Below are positions 31,270-34,756 of a DNA stretch of 34,756 bases, piece by piece; positions within the stretch are counted from its first letter, which is position 1, and each line of letters opens with the position of its first letter. The position numbers and the translations under genes are program-made. The stretch is from positions 1 to 34,756 of the forward strand of contig JAVXWK010000912.1 of assembly GCA_032230575.1 (NCBI GenBank). The letters are read 5' to 3'. The notes under the pieces were generated by a model. The model worked only from the letters and a program-made list of their open reading frames with translations. It made no database searches and was not told the origin of the DNA. Source of the stretch: Pseudonocardiales bacterium. Its GTDB lineage: Bacteria > Actinomycetota > Actinomycetes > Mycobacteriales > Pseudonocardiaceae.

Positions 31270-32386
31270 CGGCGTCGTGGTGGTGAGCCTGGAGCAGGCC
31301 GTCGCCGTGCCGTACGCGACCCGGCTGCTGGCCGACCTCGGGGCGCGCGTGATCAAGATCGAACGGCCTGGCGTGGGCGACTTCGCGCGGCACTACGACT
31401 CGTCGTGCGGCGAGGTGTCGTCGTACTTCGCGTGGACGAACGTCGGCAAGGAGTCGGTGTCGCTCGACATCAACCACCCCGACGGGCGAGAGGTGCTGGA
31501 ACGGCTTGTCGCGCGCGCGGATGTGCTGCTGTGCAACCTGTCGCCGCGGGTGTGGTCACGCCTCGGCCTCGACCTTCCCGAGAAGCTGATCGTCGGCGAA
31601 CTGTCCGGCTACGGCTGGGACGGCCCCTATGCGGACCGCAAGGCGTTCGACGCGCTGGTGCAGTCCGAGGCCGGACTGGTGTCGCTGACCGGCGAGGGTG
31701 ACGTGATGGCCCGCGCCGGCATCTCCGTGGCGGACATCGCGGCGGGGGTCCAGCTGCACGCCGCGGTGCTGGCGGCGTTGCTGCAACGGGGACGGACGGG
31801 TTCCGGTGCCCGGCTGCGGCTGTCGCTGTTCGAGGCGATGGCCGAGTGGATGCACCAGCCGATGCTCTACGCGGCCGGAACGGGCGCCGCGGCCCCGCGT
31901 TCGGGCGCGCACCACCCGAGCATCGCGCCGTACGGGCCGGTGGCGTGTGCGGACGGCGCCGTGCACCTGGCCGTGCAGAACGACGGCCAGTGGCAGCGGT
32001 TGTGCGGGCTGATCGGGCTCGGCGCCGAGGAGAGGTTCGCCACAGTGGCCTCTCGCGTGGCCCACAGAGAGGAGCTGCAGAAGCTCCTCGAACGGGCGTT
32101 TTGTGCCATGACGGCCACCGAGTTGCTGACCGCTCTGGACGCCGTCGACGTGCCCGCCGCGCTGACCCGCCCGATCACCGGCCTGCCCACCCACCCGCAG
32201 CTCTCCACGTGGGTTGACGTGCGGGTTCCCGGCGGATCCGTGCGGATGCTGCCACCGCCCGTGGCCGGTTTCGAGTGGTCACCGGGTGCGGTCCCGGCCC
32301 TCGGCGAGCACAATGATCACGTGTTGCGCTGGCTGGGCTATTCGGATGAGGAACTGTCCTCCTTACGCGTTCGTTCCGTCCTCTGA
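31256..32386 (+). CDS. Family III CoA-transferase (CaiB/BaiF)
   Basis: [36 protein letters not shown], catalytic Asp in [14 protein letters not shown]; start TTG 31256 or GTG 31241, overlapping fdhD. Confidence 0.9.
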   Translation: MRPLDGVVVVSLEQAVAVPYATRLLADLGARVIKIERPGVGDFARHYDSSCGEVSSYFAWTNVGKESVSLDINHPDGREVLERLVARADVLLCNLSPRVWSRLGLDLPEKLIVGELSGYGWDGPYADRKAFDALVQSEAGLVSLTGEGDVMARAGISVADIAAGVQLHAAVLAALLQRGRTGSGARLRLSLFEAMAEWMHQPMLYAAGTGAAAPRSGAHHPSIAPYGPVACADGAVHLAVQNDGQWQRLCGLIGLGAEERFATVASRVAHREELQKLLERAFCAMTATELLTALDAVDVPAALTRPITGLPTHPQLSTWVDVRVPGGSVRMLPPPVAGFEWSPGAVPALGEHNDHVLRWLGYSDEELSSLRVRSVL

Positions 32387-32419
32387 GAAGGAAACGAGGA
32401 CCGGTACCCACGCGATGAG

Positions 32420-33307
32420 GTGAGCATGGGGGAACCGAGGTACAGCCGCCGCACACTCATCGCGGCGATGGGCGTGGTCATCGCGACAGCCACCGGCGTC
32501 GCGACGTACGTGACGGCGTCCTCCCAGGCCCCCGAAGAACAGATCGCCACCTCGGACCGCCTCAGCCGCACCAACGCCGCCTTGCCGACGCTGCGCTTCG
32601 AGCACGTCTACTCGGCCGCCCGCCACCGCGACGTCACGCTCGCCTTCTACCTCCCGCCCGGCGCGAACCCGCGCGGCCTGCCCATGTCGATCCTGCTGCA
32701 CGGCCTGCACGGCGACGCCCGCCACGCGGCCGTCGGCGACCTGGCCGACGTCCTGGCCTCGGCCGTGAAGAAGGGCTCGGTCCCGGCGTTCGGCTTCATC
32801 GCGGTCGACGGTGGCGACAACTACTGGCACGAGAACACGCCGGGCGACGACCCGATGGCCATGCTGCTCGACGAGGTTCCCGGCTGGCTGCGGGAACGCG
32901 GCTACGGCGAGCCCTTCGCCATCACGGGCGCGTCGATGGGCGGCTTCGGCGCGCTCTTGTACGCCCGCCGCCGAGCCGAACGCGGCGACCCGATCGCGGC
33001 CACCGCGGCCATCTCCCCCGGCCTGATCACGACGTGGCCGGAGATGGCCAAGCGCCGCGCGTTCAAGAACGAGGACGAGTGGACGTCGCTGGACCCGTTG
33101 CGGCACCTCACCTCCACCGGCCCGACCGCGCTCGGCGTGTGGATCGGCGACCGCGACAGGTTCATCGAGGGCACCCGCCGGTTCATCCGCGACGTGCGGC
33201 CCGAGGTCGGCACGGTGAAGGGCGGAGGGCACGACGACGGCTTCTACCGCAAGGTGACGCCCGACGTCGTGCGGTTCCTCGCCAAGTACGCCAAGCGGGC
33301 CGTCTAG
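32420..33307 (+). CDS. Exported alpha/beta-hydrolase (esterase family)
   Basis: Tat-like YSRRTLI plus hydrophobic stretch; LHG, VDGGDNYWH, nucleophile GASMGG, GDRD, GGHDDGF; start could be ATG 32426. Confidence 0.85.
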   Translation: MSMGEPRYSRRTLIAAMGVVIATATGVATYVTASSQAPEEQIATSDRLSRTNAALPTLRFEHVYSAARHRDVTLAFYLPPGANPRGLPMSILLHGLHGDARHAAVGDLADVLASAVKKGSVPAFGFIAVDGGDNYWHENTPGDDPMAMLLDEVPGWLRERGYGEPFAITGASMGGFGALLYARRRAERGDPIAATAAISPGLITTWPEMAKRRAFKNEDEWTSLDPLRHLTSTGPTALGVWIGDRDRFIEGTRRFIRDVRPEVGTVKGGGHDDGFYRKVTPDVVRFLAKYAKRAV

Positions 33308-34602
33308 ACCCGCATCGCCGCGCGGCTCCAGTGCACCCAGCCGACGCGGCCGTGCTCGTCCCTGCCGCCCAACGGCAGCACACTGCTCCTGTCCACGGCG
33401 ATCAGCACGTCGTCCGTCAGGTGCACGTACTCGCGTTCCTCCACCGAGATCAGCGGGGCCGTGACCGGATCGCGGCCGACCCTCCGCACCATCACCCTGC
33501 CGTCCTCCGCCGGGGTGATGTGGATGTCGAGGGCCGTGCAGCGGTAGAGCCCGACGACCTTCGCGTGATCCACGGCGGGATCTTCCCGCACGTCCGGGAG
33601 CTGCCGCTTGCGCACGCCCGCGAGCTCGTCGAGCAGGTGATCGAAGATCGCTCCGAACAACGGCGCGATCTCGGTGCCTCCGCTGGCCACCATCGCCACG
33701 GCGACCCCGGCTGACGGCACGACCCGCAGCACCGACAGGTATCCCATGGTCATGCCGGTGTGGCCGATGACGTCGCCGCCCTCGTAGTTCGACAGCTCCC
33801 AGCCCAAGCCCCACCACCAGCCACCGGTGCCGAAGTCCGGGTGCGTGATCTGCTTCTCCCGCATCCCGTCGAACTCGTCGGTCTCCAGATGCATGCGCAC
33901 GAACTGAAGCAGCTCACGAGCGGGCATCGCCAGCACCGAACCGGCGGCCACTCCCGACTCCAACAGGTGCTGGGTGATCGGCTCTCCTTTCAGGTGCCCG
34001 TCCGCCATCTCGTGCCGGACGTACTCGGCACGTGCGACCGCGACCCTGCGCAGCCCGAGCGGCTCGACCAGCCGTTCCCGCAGAACGTCCCGGAAAGGCT
34101 TGTCCCGCACCACCTCGACGATCCGGCCGAGCACCGCGTAGCCGGCGTTGCAGTACGAGTAGAGCTCACCGGGCGGGATGACCTGGCCGGCGTCGGCGAG
34201 CAGCTCGACGAACCTCACGAGCATGTCGTCGCCCGAACCCGTGTCGAACCTCAGGTCGCCCTCGAATCCCGCGGTGTGGCACAGCAGGTGCCTCGGGGTG
34301 ATGGTCTTCGTCGCCTGCTCGTCCGCGACCTCGAAGTCCGGCAACACATCTCGCACCGGGCGGTCGAGGTCCAGCAGACCTTCGTTCACCAGCTGCATGA
34401 CCAGGGTGGCCGTCCAGACCTTGGTGATCGACCCGATCTGGAACAGCGTGTCCGTGGAGACAGGTTCCTTCGTGACGGCGTTGCGCACACCTGCTGCGGC
34501 GTCAACGATTTCGCCGTTGTGCAGCACCGCGACCTGTGCGCCGACGACTCCGTGTTCCTCCAGCAGCTCCGGCAGCCGCCGCTCGATCCACTCGCTGATC
34601 AT
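33304..34602 (-). CDS. Serine hydrolase, beta-lactamase/AmpC-like family
   Basis: FQIGSITK (SxxK), LLCHTAG, YSYCN (YxN), GHTG; no signal peptide. Confidence 0.9.
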   Translation of the reverse strand: MISEWIERRLPELLEEHGVVGAQVAVLHNGEIVDAAAGVRNAVTKEPVSTDTLFQIGSITKVWTATLVMQLVNEGLLDLDRPVRDVLPDFEVADEQATKTITPRHLLCHTAGFEGDLRFDTGSGDDMLVRFVELLADAGQVIPPGELYSYCNAGYAVLGRIVEVVRDKPFRDVLRERLVEPLGLRRVAVARAEYVRHEMADGHLKGEPITQHLLESGVAAGSVLAMPARELLQFVRMHLETDEFDGMREKQITHPDFGTGGWWWGLGWELSNYEGGDVIGHTGMTMGYLSVLRVVPSAGVAVAMVASGGTEIAPLFGAIFDHLLDELAGVRKRQLPDVREDPAVDHAKVVGLYRCTALDIHITPAEDGRVMVRRVGRDPVTAPLISVEEREYVHLTDDVLIAVDRSSVLPLGGRDEHGRVGWVHWSRAAMRV

Positions 34603-34756
34603 GCTTCCCCCTTGGATGCCGCGCGGCCGAAGTGAAGCCAGCGCACGTGTCCTTCCCGTCTACAAAGGACGATCACCGCGTGCCCGCCGCCCGCTGGCTC
34701 AACGGAGATCATGGCGTCGTCGCGCAGGCCTGTGTACTCGCGTTCCTCGTCCACCA
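34599..34756 (-). CDS. C-terminus of a second, paralogous serine hydrolase (partial)
   Basis: Manual translation ...VDEEREYTGLRDDAMISVEP...GHVRWLHFGRAASKGEA* resembles the C-terminus of 33304..34602 (VEEREYVHLTDDVLI...GRVGWVHWSRAA); ATGA overlap. Confidence 0.7.
   Translation of the reverse strand, partial: VDEEREYTGLRDDAMISVEPAGGGHAVIVLCRREGHVRWLHFGRAASKGEA

Overview
High-GC actinobacterial chromosomal window; the gene content (PE/PPE-like + EspG + DUF3558, valS-folC-DUF4233, many leaderless genes) suggests Pseudonocardiaceae, which is inference. About 31 coding regions can be supported; most other long ORFs in the track are GC-rich shadow frames. The conserved valS-folC-DUF4233-ndk block is split by about 14.6 kb of accessory genes: MFS/MarR efflux pair, a 1798-aa double-GH13 amylase-pullulanase, a hypothetical, Tat-exported PhoD with a clear PHO box, a small secreted protein, a coupled type VII secretion substrate module (PE-like, DUF3558 lipoprotein, PPE-like, EspG) and a divergent lipoprotein. 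The right half holds tandem paralogous hypotheticals, an FdhF/YdeP molybdoenzyme preceded by a structured intergenic region, a GH28-like glycosidase, an unannotated 59-aa ORF, regulators, an FAD oxidoreductase, fdhD-CoA transferase, an esterase and tandem serine hydrolases. I saw no rRNA, tRNA, CRISPR array, integrase or transposase. Family calls come from motif recognition by eye; no searches were run. The best leads are the T7SS substrate module with its lipoproteins and the alternative-hairpin element upstream of fdhF.
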